A DNA stretch of 64,000 nucleotides, taken from assembly GCA_951406725.2 (NCBI GenBank), contig OX597817.1, positions 110,856,001 through 110,920,000 of the forward strand. The letters are read 5' to 3'. Below are positions 1 to 11,985 of this stretch, piece by piece. Position numbers and translations under genes: made by a program. Every line of letters starts with the position of its first letter. Position 1 is the stretch's first letter. The notes under the pieces were generated by a model. That model had not been told where the DNA came from. It worked only from the letters and a program-made list of their open reading frames with translations, and searched no databases. The stretch is from Octopus vulgaris. Its lineage: Eukaryota.

Positions 1-631
1 ATATACTCATTTAACTTGTTGATTCATAACATTTTTAGATTCAAGAGACAAATATGATTATCATATAGAATTACTATTTCCTTCTGATTTTTAAGACTTA
101 GATATCCAGATAAGATTTTAGAATTTTTTATGTTTATATATTTGTTTTGCAAAATTCCTATCTATGAAGGGTTGATTCAGCCCAGGGCAGAAATGCAGCA
201 GGCAAAAAACTCTTTGTTGAGCAGTAGTGGGATCGTGCTTGTGAATAGTCATCAGCTGGCAGCCTGTTTAATACAACTAAACACCAATCTAATTTTAGAA
301 TTATTTTTCTGAAATAGTAGCAAAAATAAATTAATTTATAACCTGTCTTTCATGATGCATGATATCGTTCTCTTATAATAATTATAAGGAAGCAGTTCAA
401 GTTAGACTTGATTTCTGGATTCTTTAATAAATTCTCCAATTTTTTATTCATTTTTTTTTTGTGGTAATTCCACTATTTTGCTGTGAATCACTGAATGTTA
501 ATATTAAGATATATTTGTGATCTCACACACATACATACATACACACACATGTGTGTGTTTGTGTGTGTGTGCATGTGTGTGTGTATTTGTATTTTTGTAT
601 TATTTCATTTACAGAAATTCTTGTCTTCATT

Positions 632-741
632 TTGTAACTTATTCTTTCTTTTTAATTTTTGTAGGTAAGTAACAAATCTCAGCAGATTATAGTATGGTTT
701 TATTTTTCCATTTCATCTGTAATATCAAAGAAAAGGTATGT
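632..741 (+). promoter_or_regulatory. Candidate recursive splice site (3' splice site directly followed by GTAAGT) with a 71-nt cryptic exon 665-735 and downstream donor
   Basis: ttgtaacttattctttctttttaatttttgTAG|GTAAGT (AG 663-664, GTAAGT 665-670); second donor AAG|GTATGT at 735/736. Alternative reading: a 50-nt exon 615-664 using the acceptor tttcatttaCAG at 614. Confidence 0.4.
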
Positions 742-3700
742 GGTTTATTTCTCAATCCGGGATTACTTTTTCTATTGTTGTTTACAGTAATAAGAATGAA
801 AAAAAGAGTATTCAGTATTGTTTTCTATGATTAATTGGAAGAGTTATTAGAATGAGTATTTTCATGAGGCTATCAAACTTTTATACATGTTTATAACTTG
901 GAAGTTGACTGTCTAAGATGAGGAAGGCAGTGCTCATAATCTTTATCAGCACCTCCAAGACTGCTGTGAGAAAGAAGGAAGTTATCCTTTGATTGGAGAC
1001 CCCTGCCTGAATGCTTCCAAATGATTTTAAAATGTTGTAAAGATTAGTTATGGAATTTAATTTGAACAGATTCACACTTTTGTTATTTAATAAAAGATAG
1101 TTTTACAATGACTTATGGCAAACATCCTTATATCTGCAGACACATTTTATATGGATTTAACTACATTAGCATGACTAATGAGGAGGGATTTAATTGTTGC
1201 TGCTTTTATACAAAAAAAAAAACCCTGAAAATATTTATATATCACTAATAATAATGTTAATGTCAACTACAATGATTTAGAAGGTGAAATAATTTGTAGA
1301 AATTTGCAGCAAGCTTTACTTAAATTAAATTTGATACTTTATAAGTAGAAATCTAAGAAAGAAAAATATACACAGAAGTACCCACAGGAATTGGACTATA
1401 CATTACTGTGCTAACTTCTATAACAAAAGGACCTGGTACATTTTGTTCACTTAAATTAAGGCCCATAAAATACCACTGTAGGTGATTCTGTGCACTTTTA
1501 AAAAAAATCTGATATTGGTGCTCATAATGTGTCTGATTTAATTTGATACTTAATATAGGAAATCAGAATCATTTTACTTCATCTGCTGCTTTTATGGTAT
1601 ATCTTTTTATGCTGTTGCTGCTGTTTAAGCCCAGATCAGCAAACCTTTGATCAAAAGGATTTAAGTCATTGTCTTTTTGTAGGGCAACATTAATCAATGT
1701 ACATTTCTAAAATGATAGCATAATTTAAGGTAGATTTGGCTGCTGTTTCTAGCAGATCTAGTTACCACATTGAGTTGGCTAATATTATTTTGTCTGTATT
1801 TTTATATGTGGTGAAATAGATGAAGTCCTCATTAATTTAAAGGATTGATCAATATCTCTTTCAAAGGAGTGATAGTCAACTGGTAAAATTGAATAAAATA
1901 TAGACAGATGTATTGTTGTGGAGTAATGGAAGATAGTGATGGGTTAGGTGAAAAGTTTTGATTGGCTCCAAGTCTAGCATTTGAGTTAAAAAATTGTAGT
2001 AGTTTACTATAGAAGAGCTGTTGCAGAATATGTCACATCTTTGAGTTGGTGATTTAATAATGCTACTGATAAGTTAATATTTGGTGTTACTTGGTTATTT
2101 GCAATGATGAAATCAAATCATTTTGTACAAAGTGAATGATTTGACTAAATAACACTTTAAGCTACTTAAATATATTATATTGGTGATAGTTTATCAGGCT
2201 TAGCAGACTAGAAAGAAGATTATGTACACAAACATCACGCAATCTTCAAATTGTCCAAGCAATATAATCTAGAGCTGAAACAGTGTCTTAGGCCAATAGA
2301 AAGAAGCGTAAGCTAATGTTTCATACAATTGGGCCCTGAGTTAAGAGAGAGAGAGAATAGTTTTATCATTAGGACAATTTTGGGGCCTTGCAATATGACA
2401 TGCCCTCTTTTTCTATTCTCTTTTTGAAGAACAGCAAGTATTCAAAACATTAGACTTCTCTTGTTTAAACTATTTGTTTTAAGTTTTTACTTACAGAAAA
2501 CATCATTAGTTTCCTCATATTCTTCTATTTTACTATAAAACCTAAAGTCTTTATTTATGATGTTGCTGACTTAATATTTTTGAAATCAAAACCAAATATA
2601 ATATCTGTTGCATATCTTAGCTTGTTTTTTTAGTAATTCCTATAACTTGTCATTATCATTGTCACTATCACTCTGATAATAACACGCAGAGAATATTATT
2701 TTTCATCCACTTTTCTTGACTAAGCATTTGTTTTGATTCTATGATACTGACAGATGTATTTTTATAAATTTACATGAAAGGAATAGATAAAATTGTACCT
2801 ACTTTATAAAGTGTAGGTTATCATATCATTAGATATATTTCTCTAGGTCTTCTTTTGAATGAAATTATGAAAAAAATTAACTTGTAGCAGCAGATCTGTT
2901 TGATTAGGATTAAACATTTAGCTAAAAAAATTCTCAAAGCGTAATTGATTAAAAGAAATCCTCATGTTTTAGGATAATTCTTTCCTTGAAACTACAAGTT
3001 TTCAATCTTATAAATTTGAATATTTGCAGGCTTATATAGATAAAGATCTTTTAGGGTAGATAAATTACTGGTACCATTTTTTTGGGTGCCTTTTATGAGA
3101 TAAGGTCTAATTTTAGTTTAACATCTAACCTGTTTTAAGTAACCTTAGAAAGGAACATTAAAATTTCAGAGAAATATTATAATTGGCTTCATATTTTCTG
3201 TTAATTTCATTCTATTATGAATTTTGCATGCAATAACTAAGAGCATACATTACTGAAACAAACGAGTTCTTATCCTCTCATTGACACTATTGTGCTTCTG
3301 ATCTAGTCATTCAAGCAATCCAGTTTGTCTAGAACTAAGTATATATGAGAGGGTGATATTCATTAATATGATCAGTAACAGCAATAGAAATCTTATGAGT
3401 CATTTAGTAGCTTGCAGTTCTGAGTTCAGTTTGTTGTTGTTTAGTTCCAATCATCCTCGATTAAGTAGATCAGTTCAGAGGAATTCTAGACACTACCATC
3501 TCATTTCTGTGTATCTAGCTCAATGTTGACAATATGTCCTTTCTGGAGGATGTGATTTGTGAGAGGTTTGATTGCTATTTCTAACAAGTTAAGTGACCAT
3601 GTAGAGGCTGCCATATTGGCTGAGTTCAGTTTATCATATATGTAAAGTTACATGAAGTTATGAGTTGGCATTCTATAAAAACTGAAAATGAGCAGTGACT

Positions 3701-4622
3701 GTGCAGGCCTTAAGGTTTTTGAAAAGTTATACACACAAATATACTTTATCATATCCCTGTTGAGGTGAAAAGACATCAGATATATTGTAGAAAGTGTTTA
3801 GGGGGTAAGTGATAAGTTATTTGATTGTACTTGTCTCATTCCATATACCTGTTAGAAATAGACACAATGTTTTCGTAGGCTTTATATTTAACTGAGGAAG
3901 GAAATAGGAAACCATCCTGGTATATCCTTCCTTAGCAAATCCATTAATTTCACCTACAAAACATCTACTATTGTTGTTGTCACTTGACTCTAGGTACTCC
4001 AGATCAATCCTGATTGAGTGAACTTATGATCAAAAGTGTTTAAACTATGATTACCCCATCTTGTTGTCAATTAGGAACTACTTTATCTGATGTCTTTCAG
4101 TTTTTAAGATAACAGGGTGTGAGTTAAGGAACATTTCACTGTCATATCTAGCAAAGTGGGCAATTGTAGCATTTCTGCTTCGAGATGCTGAATATTCTGA
4201 CTTGATTTGCAAATGATGAAGCTGATTTTATTTTAATCTCAGACAATAATCTTTGGATATGGTTTAATAACTGAAATGATATTAGTAATTTCATTATATT
4301 ACAATTCAATGTCTGTCAGTATTATCTGAGAATAATTGATTACTCTGCTTGGTTTTACCACATTTATGTGATTATTTTCGGATAAGAATAAAGACTGTTT
4401 GTGTAGCCAACCATATTTTTGTATATTTGACCTAATTGTTGGATATTAATCAAGTTAACTTTCTATGAGATATAGCCAATATTCTGCTTAGCTATATTCA
4501 AAGTTAGACAGCAGAAATATCTATCTACTAGTGTAAAATTTCCATTTTGTTAGACATACTACAGAAGGGAATTAGAATATACTAACATTTAATGTTCTGT
4601 GAATCACATTTCCTATAAATCA

Positions 4623-4900
4623 TGTTGGTAGCACATTGACAGAGATGTTTGAGTATAGGATGAAATGCCTTGTGGCATTTATTCTGACTTCCTGTGTTCA
4701 GAGTTCAAATCTTGCCATGGTTAACTTTGCCTTTCAGTGTTGGTAGCACATTGACAGAGATGTTTGAGTATAGGATGAAATGCTTGGTGGCATTTATTCT
4801 GACTTCCTGTGTTCAGAGCTCAAATCTTGCTGTGGTTAACTTTGCCTTTCATCTTTCTGGAGAGGGTGTGGGGAGATTAGTAAATAAGCACCAGTGTAGG
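4623..4900 (+). mobile_element. tRNA-derived SINE with a tandemly duplicated 115-bp 5' part
   Basis: 4623-4737 is repeated at 4738-4851; contains gagttcaaat (B-box-like) and aactttgcctttcatc, shared with many SINE copies in the window. Confidence 0.75.
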
Positions 4901-5268
4901 GTAATGGATTGGCAAAATCACTTGTGTGTTGGCCATTAACCTATTAAGTATTGTGCTGGTTTTTTTGCATACTGAGTTCAATCCTTGCTATGGCCTACCT
5001 GTGTGACAGTTATAATTCATTACTTGATATAACACCAACACTTGGTCCTTGAGTACTCTTAGCAGAATCCACTGCAATGCAAACATTTGAGCCATGTCTT
5101 TGGGTTAATGTTAGCATCCTCCTTGCCCATCAGTCTTGAAGGTTCTCATAAAGCATCATAGATGTTGCCCTTCCTATTACTATACTGAATTTCAGTAACT
5201 AATAACAATAAATTAAATTACAATACAGCTTAAAATGTTGAAATTTGATGCATTAGTGTTAGATTTAG

Positions 5269-5477
5269 CCCTTTAGCATTCAGAGTACTGTCAAATGTAA
5301 TACTTATTTATTCACATTGTTTTGAATTAATCATGCATTATCTAGTTACCTCAAGATTTTGATGATGTGGTTGTATATTTTTTAGAATGATATTGTAGGG
5401 TAGTTTGATCTGGTTAGTTTGAACATAAAACCAGTAGAAGATTTAGGCTGCATACGGCTAGTTTAAATGCTAAAGGG
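5269..5477. mobile_element. piggyBac-type MITE
   Basis: TIRs CCCTTTAGCATT / AATGCTAAAGGG; flanks TTAG (5265-5268, degenerate) and TTAA (5478-5481). Confidence 0.85.
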
Positions 5478-6587
5478 TTAAGCTATTCTACAGACAACAA
5501 ATTCTTGTCCATAAACAAAAGGCAATATTAATATTTTCATCTATCAATTTACAAAGCCATTGATTTTATAAACATTTCTTAGCTATTTTCCTCTTCCTAA
5601 CAGTTGTATCTATCTATAAATGAGCCAGTAAGGGAGTGCTGTACATGGTCATTCAACTGTCAAGAACCAACTGCTACATGTCTTTTGAGTTGCACCCTAC
5701 ACTCTTCAAAAAAGAATACCACATTGTCATAAGCACTATCTGAAAAGAAAATGGGTTAGACAAAGCCAAAATGTCATAAAGCTGCTCAACCTTAGGGATG
5801 ATCTGATGTTAAATAAAGCATAATTGAAAAATAAAATTAAATTAAAAAAGAATAAAAATAGATTAGCAAGAAAATACGTCCCTATAAAACACAGATTATC
5901 TAACTACTATCAGAATATTGTATAATGAAGAAAAAAGAAGGGCATTCATAATTTATCTGATTTTATGGCAGTGGTAAACAGTTAGATTTTATGGTCGGTT
6001 TTATCGTTGGTTGGTTGCCTGGTTGTGTATGTGTGCTGCTCATAAATGTCCTTGCTTCAGTTCCTCTGAATATTATTATTGATGATAATAATACTAAGAA
6101 CAAGGAATAATACTAATAATAATAAAAGGTTTCCCACTCTTCCATAGTTGAGTGGTTAGGAATGTTATCTAACATTAAAAAAGCAATTGCTCTAATAGTA
6201 ACTGCCACATCTAATAACAGAGTGGATGTGAAACAGTAATTACACGCACATGCATACTGACAGAGGTATAGATACAAATACAGTTATGTATGTGTATGTT
6301 TTTTGCATGTGTGTGTGTGTGTGTGTATACATGCACACATATATAGATATATACACATACATAAAGCTATAAATAATAGCATATAAATGTTGTGTTGAAA
6401 ATCCCTTTTAGATAGAAAATGTGGAAGGCAGCTTTCAACATTCTCTATCCAAAGGATTTTCAGCCCAATTGTTACATGCTATATGTAGCATTATGTGTGT
6501 ACTTTAAGATATACTATTCTGAAAAAGAATAATTTTATGTTCTCGCAAAAAGTTTATAAAATTCTTATGACATCAACACACAATTTT

Positions 6588-6967
6588 ATTCTTTTACTTG
6601 TATCAGTCATTGAACTGTAGCTATACAGGGGCACCATCTTGAAGTGCTTAGCCATTCACTTTGACTCCAGTTCTTAATTTTTAAGTTCGGTATTTTATTT
6701 CTTTTTGTTTCTTTTTGTTAACCCTTTTGTTACCAACCTGGCTGAAACCAGATCTGGCTCTGAATACAAATGTCTTGTTATAAGTTTTGAATTAAAATCT
6801 TCCACCAAACCTTAATCACAATTTATGTTCCTAACACTAGCTGAATGATAAAATTATTTTTCCTAAATTCTTTGTTATATTTAAAGTAATTGAAAGAGAC
6901 ACAGAGCTTCTCAAAATAAATACAGTAACAAAAGGGTTAAGCTGCTCAGTTACAGTGATGTAAATAC
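6588..6967 (-). mobile_element. Degenerate SINE 3' part, interrupted by a MITE
   Basis: cttttacttgtatcagtcatt resembles the copy at 30579 and the reverse complement of the SINE tail at ~60820; the SINE resumes after TTAA 6940. Confidence 0.6.
6722..6936. mobile_element. piggyBac-type MITE (second family, copy 1)
   Basis: TTAA|CCCTTTTGTTAC ... GTAACAAAAGGG|TTAA (perfect 12-bp TIR, TTAA TSD); homologous to 51072-51292. Confidence 0.92.
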
Positions 6968-8604
6968 TGTCTATGATACTACTTTACCTCTCGTCTGTTC
7001 ATAGTTCATAATGGGTACACGTACACTATATGGAATTTGTACCTAATCCTTTCCTGCATATTGGTAATTGACTTATATATAAAAGTAGAACCATCTATGA
7101 TTTATTTCTTGAAGTATAGTTACATTGTGTGTGTATATGCACATCAACATCAGATGTGTAGGTTCCATAAAAATATTTTTGCCTCCTCCTTTTAAAAAAA
7201 CAAAAAGGTTATTTTATATCAACATGTTATTAACCTAACTGATTTCAATTATTTTTGTGTTTGTTTTACTTTTGGAAATTGGTCAAATTTGATATATGAT
7301 TCTTTTGCATGCAAGAATCCTGAACTTTTACTTCATTGATGAGAGTATGAATATTTCTGGCTTGTAGATAGAAATCAATATCAAAGTAAACTATATGACT
7401 GGGCTGCTTGTAATTGCAGCCGTGTTGGTGATGGTGGTGTTGAAATTGGTTGTTGTTTTTGTGTAGTCATAGGAAGAACTATCATTCTCATCATCATCCT
7501 CATCTTCAATCTCACATTCTGTATTGAACGCTTCTTAAATGAGATGCTCTTTAGGATAAGGAAGACGAAAACAAATTCTAATTGCTAAGGTAGTCTAGGT
7601 TCCAACAAAATTTCATATTATGAAAAAGTAATATGCTTGTTCAATAATTTTACATCTAGCTTTAAAAAATTTAAATTTAGGTTAACTTTACTCACACACA
7701 TATGCACACAGGAATACACAAATAAATAAATAAATAATAAAAGAAAATTAATTATATATATCAGGTTTTAAAATTGACAATTTCGACCTAATATGGTTAT
7801 TTGCAATACTCCTGTTTAGATCAAAATGAGAATTATTCTTTAATCTTAAATTGGCTATGTTGCTTTTTAATAGTGTAGCCCCATCTTAAGTTTTCCTCTT
7901 CCAATTCAGTCACTAAATATTTAAATACCATTTTACACTTACTGATAACATCTAACCTTTATCACTTTACTGAATTCTCTTATCAGTCAGCCTCTTAATT
8001 TTCTCATTCTGCATTTATTTCAAAAATACTGATTTCTCTATTTCAGCTATTTCTAGTAATTTGTATAGTCCAGTTTGTTTTCAAAATAGCTATAAATGAA
8101 ATAAATCTTCCTACTATTTCCATTGGTTGATAGCCTTTTAGTGTGGAATCAATCTGGTCTGTCAATCTTCTCTCTTTTACTATTATCACCAAGTTCAAAG
8201 AAGATTTAGTAGCCATCTAGTATTACAGGCATATCCTTCACTTGTCTCAAGACAACATTACTTTAGATTATATAGCTGATAGTGTTTATGATTAAGTGAT
8301 ACTACTTTTGCAAGCAGAAAAAAGAAAAAAAAAAGAAAAAACAGAAATAAAATTAAATAACATTTTCATTGCTTTTTTTTTCTTCTTCATAAAAATTTGT
8401 TTTTTTCGGTAAACTTTAAAAAAAATGTATGGATGTAGGAACAGATTTAAAATAAAGGGTTTCAAAGTAGATATATTACTGACCCTATAGGAGTACCAAG
8501 AGCAATTATCTATGTTAGAGTGTGTCAAGGGTATAAATGGTTAATATCTACATGTTAAACATTGAAGCAGTCCTTAAATATAGTATTAATAGTTTTATTT
8601 GTTT

Positions 8605-9590
8605 TTTTTCTTCTTAACGACCATCAGAGCACTACACTGATGCTATGGTATAGAGCAGGGCTATGGTATTGAGAAAAATAAGCCATCCACTGGTAAACCT
8701 CTGGAACAGACTAGCCAGCTCATTTTCGTCAGCACCCAGAGTCTCCCCGAGAACATTGTCGCACTTCCCTACCATTAATCCTCTATAAATTTCTAAGGCA
8801 GAGCATCCACCGATCCCATTACCTGACTAGTAGAGGGCTGTGAGTATCTGATGACATTCTAGGTGCCAGGCGCCCAGTTTCAGTCTTATCTTCACCCAGG
8901 ACTGCAGCTCTATGAAGAAGATGAGCATCACAAATGGAGCCTGCACACACTCATTGTTCAGAAATCATTGTCGGTAGCGTAACTTAAGAGTGTGCCTGTG
9001 CATTAGGAGCAATGGTTTACCTAATCTGCCACTCAGAGGATGCTGGCAACAGGCTGACTGCCTGACCCTTGGAATGCATTCCTTCCACAAGAATTTAAAT
9101 AAGAGATGCTCCAATTTGGTCAAGCAGTAACCGGGATAAGGCATGACGGTCAGGCGATAAATGATAATAGAGGTGATGTAAGCATTCGCCACACCTGCCC
9201 CGCCTTTCAGGGACAGCTTCCCCTCTGCCCATTTCTGAGTAAGACTGGTCACCCTGTTTGCCACTTTGTCCCAGTTCTTATCAACCTGGACGTCAGAACC
9301 AAACCAGACCCTAAGCAGTTTAATTGGTCTGTCAGTCTGACATCTGCCAACGCTGCTGCCATCTGATTGCATTGTCCTGCCTCTTCAGGAACCCAACCAC
9401 AAACCCACCGATTTGTCGACATTGATTCTAGCCCCTGCAACTGACTCATATTCCTTTAGGATGGTGCCGACCATTACCGCTTCGGAGGCATCTGACACCA
9501 TGACATTGTCTGTGTATGCCGACATTGCCCTTCCTTGTTCCAGTTTGAAAGAGATGCCTCTTAGCTGTTCCACCATACACAAAGGAAACA
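8605..9590 (-). mobile_element. Decayed L1/Tx1-clade LINE ORF2 fragment (reverse transcriptase C-terminal half)
   Basis: ORFs 9385-9636 (SAYTDNV, a degenerate YADD; GARINVDKS) and 8965-9372 (KLSLKG..VANAYI.S...YRL; FKFLWK; GRLGKP) match L1/Tx1 RT motifs; frameshifts and stops. Confidence 0.85.
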
Positions 9591-9639
9591 AAACGCTACA
9601 TTCTGTCATTATAGAGGCCAGAAGTATAAAAGACAAGTA

Positions 9640-9806
9640 AACTTAGATCTAAATGATAATCCCAAAGCTGCAATACCAATAGAATCAGAAAACCACAACA
9701 AGAAGGCCTGAGGAAGTTTATCAACAAATGGCAAGAGAAACTGCTCCATGGTCAATATCTCAAGTAAACAAGGGAAGCAGGTATTGATAGAAAAAGAACA
9801 CATCTT
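9640..9806 (+). mobile_element. Short R4/Dong-like non-LTR fragment
   Basis: My translation FINKWQEKLLHGQYLK*TREAGIDRKRTH resembles the LHGQYLRE motif in the element at 63381-63620. Confidence 0.6.
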
Positions 9807-11727
9807 ATTCATAACAACATTGTTTCTTTTCAGGTAGGCTGACATCTGACTATTCAAAGATGGTGTATAAAACGCCTTCCCAGGGATATCACTGAAATAA
9901 GAACAGGGAATCAAAACTAAATTTAGTCTTGAAGCATTGGTAGAAGACTGGTAGAAAAAAAAATGAAAATTCTGCTTCAGTGCTATTTGAAGTTGCAAAT
10001 GAAGCTAGCCTCCTCTCCCACAAAAATATTTGTGTGCTGTCAGGGAATAATATGCTTTATACAAATAAGATACCAATAAGAATACATGGAAATTTAGTTT
10101 TCACTTTCTCCTTCTCATGTTATTTATGCTTCAGCTTTATCAAACCTGAGACTGAAAGAAATATGTTTAGTTTTAGAAACGATTGATATTTATTTTCAAT
10201 TATTTAGTTATTGAAACATATTTCTTACATTATTTTAATATTCTCTGCTTACTTTTTGTTTCTTTTTTTTAGCCCCACTTTTCCCAAATCCCCTTAAAGC
10301 AGTTTTTAAAAAAAGAATTTTAACAAAAACTTAAATAGGTTTCAGTGGGGTTTTTTTAATGCTTATTCTTAAAATAACATTGTTGCTATTGTCTAAGTTT
10401 TAGCTGTTGTCGGAAATAAATTGGACTGCAGAGATTTGGTTGGATAGGTACAGTTATTACATATATGTTGTTAGGTAGCAAAGAAAATATCTTAAAATGA
10501 GATTAAGCTAAAAGTGCACAAGACGCTACTGACTTGAGTTACTATCTGTAGTTACGGCGGCTGCTAATCAATAGATTTGTCTCAGTAATGAGCCAAAATC
10601 TTACTGCTAGCAGCTGAAATATACATTATGAGATTGAAATAGTTGCTATGGTTGGCTTTCAACAATTCTCTGCTGCTAATTCTTATTTTGGAGATATGTT
10701 TCTACTGACTTTTCAGTTTTTATTGAAAATTCAAGAGAGATTTCAATCTGTTAATGGATTGTTATAGTTTTAATAGCCAATTAAACTTGATTTGGATGGT
10801 TAAATATTTTCCCTATTATGATTTAATGTCTCAAACTACTTGTATCTGCAAAAGAGTTTCCTGGTTGCAGCCCATACTGTTTCCAGATTCTTTTGAAATT
10901 AACAATATTTTTCTCATATAAAGCATTCATAAGAATCTAATAAAATTTTGTAATATAAAGGATCTGTGTATCTGTATGACTTTTTCATATTCTTACTTCA
11001 ATATATATATATCAGAACTTCACAGAAAACTGAAACAGAACTATATTAAGTTCAGATCCTCCAGCTTCAACAAAATGACTATTTCATCCTTTGGTTTCAA
11101 CAAAATGACTATTAGAAATACAATGATGATAAAGTGATTGACAAAAGAAGATGAAATAAATAAATAAATAAATAAAAGAACTACATCATTCAATATTTTC
11201 TATTTGGCAGCTTCTGTTATCAAGCTTCATCCAAATATATGAGCTTCACCTTGTTAAGTAAATACAAACATGGGAATTTCTTTTCCCGCATTTGATTATT
11301 TGCTTAGATTTACCTGTGATTAAGCTTATCTGTTTCTCTGTGTGTGTGTGTGTGTGGCTGTGTCTGTGTATGCGCATTGAGTGGCCAGTAAATAAATTGG
11401 AAAGATATGTGGTCATCCAACAAGTTTAAAAATCAAAAACTTATTAAAGACAGATAAGTGCATTGAGAGCTAGTGATATTCATGTGTTAGAGAGGAGCTG
11501 GGTATCACTAGGACAACCAAGTGCACAAAATCATTTACCAATATTATTTTATACCAGACCAGTCAATTGCATAAAGAAAGCCAAGAATGAAAAGAGTGAA
11601 ACAGACTGATTACAAAAAATGCCCCAACATCCAACAGTAGAAATGCTATAGGGAAATTATATACAAAGTACCTCCAAACAGCCATGCTTGCACCTAGCCA
11701 CATTTGCACCTCTATGTGTGAGTGTGT

Positions 11728-11780
<53 letters not shown>

Positions 11781-11839
11781 TGTCCAACCCATGCCAGTAG
11801 AGAAGACAGATGTTAAATGATGTTAATGATGATAACACA

Positions 11840-11985
11840 CATAATGGGCTTCTTTCAGTTTCCAATTACCAACTCCACCAATAAAGATTTGGTTGGCCCA
11901 TAGCTGTAGGAGAAAACTCACCAAAGGTGCCATGCTATAGGACTGAACTTGAAACCACATGGTTGGGAAACAAATTTCTTAACCA
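11840..11985 (-). mobile_element. SINE 5' part (same family as 60070-60838)
   Basis: gggcttctttcagtttcc...ccacatggttgggaaacaaatttcttaacc is the reverse complement of the SINE head. Confidence 0.65.

Noticed and set aside
917-1024. GC-richer stretch translating as DEEGSAHNLYQHLQDCCEKEGSYPLIGDPCLNASK*
   Set aside because: Poor acceptor and no recognisable homology
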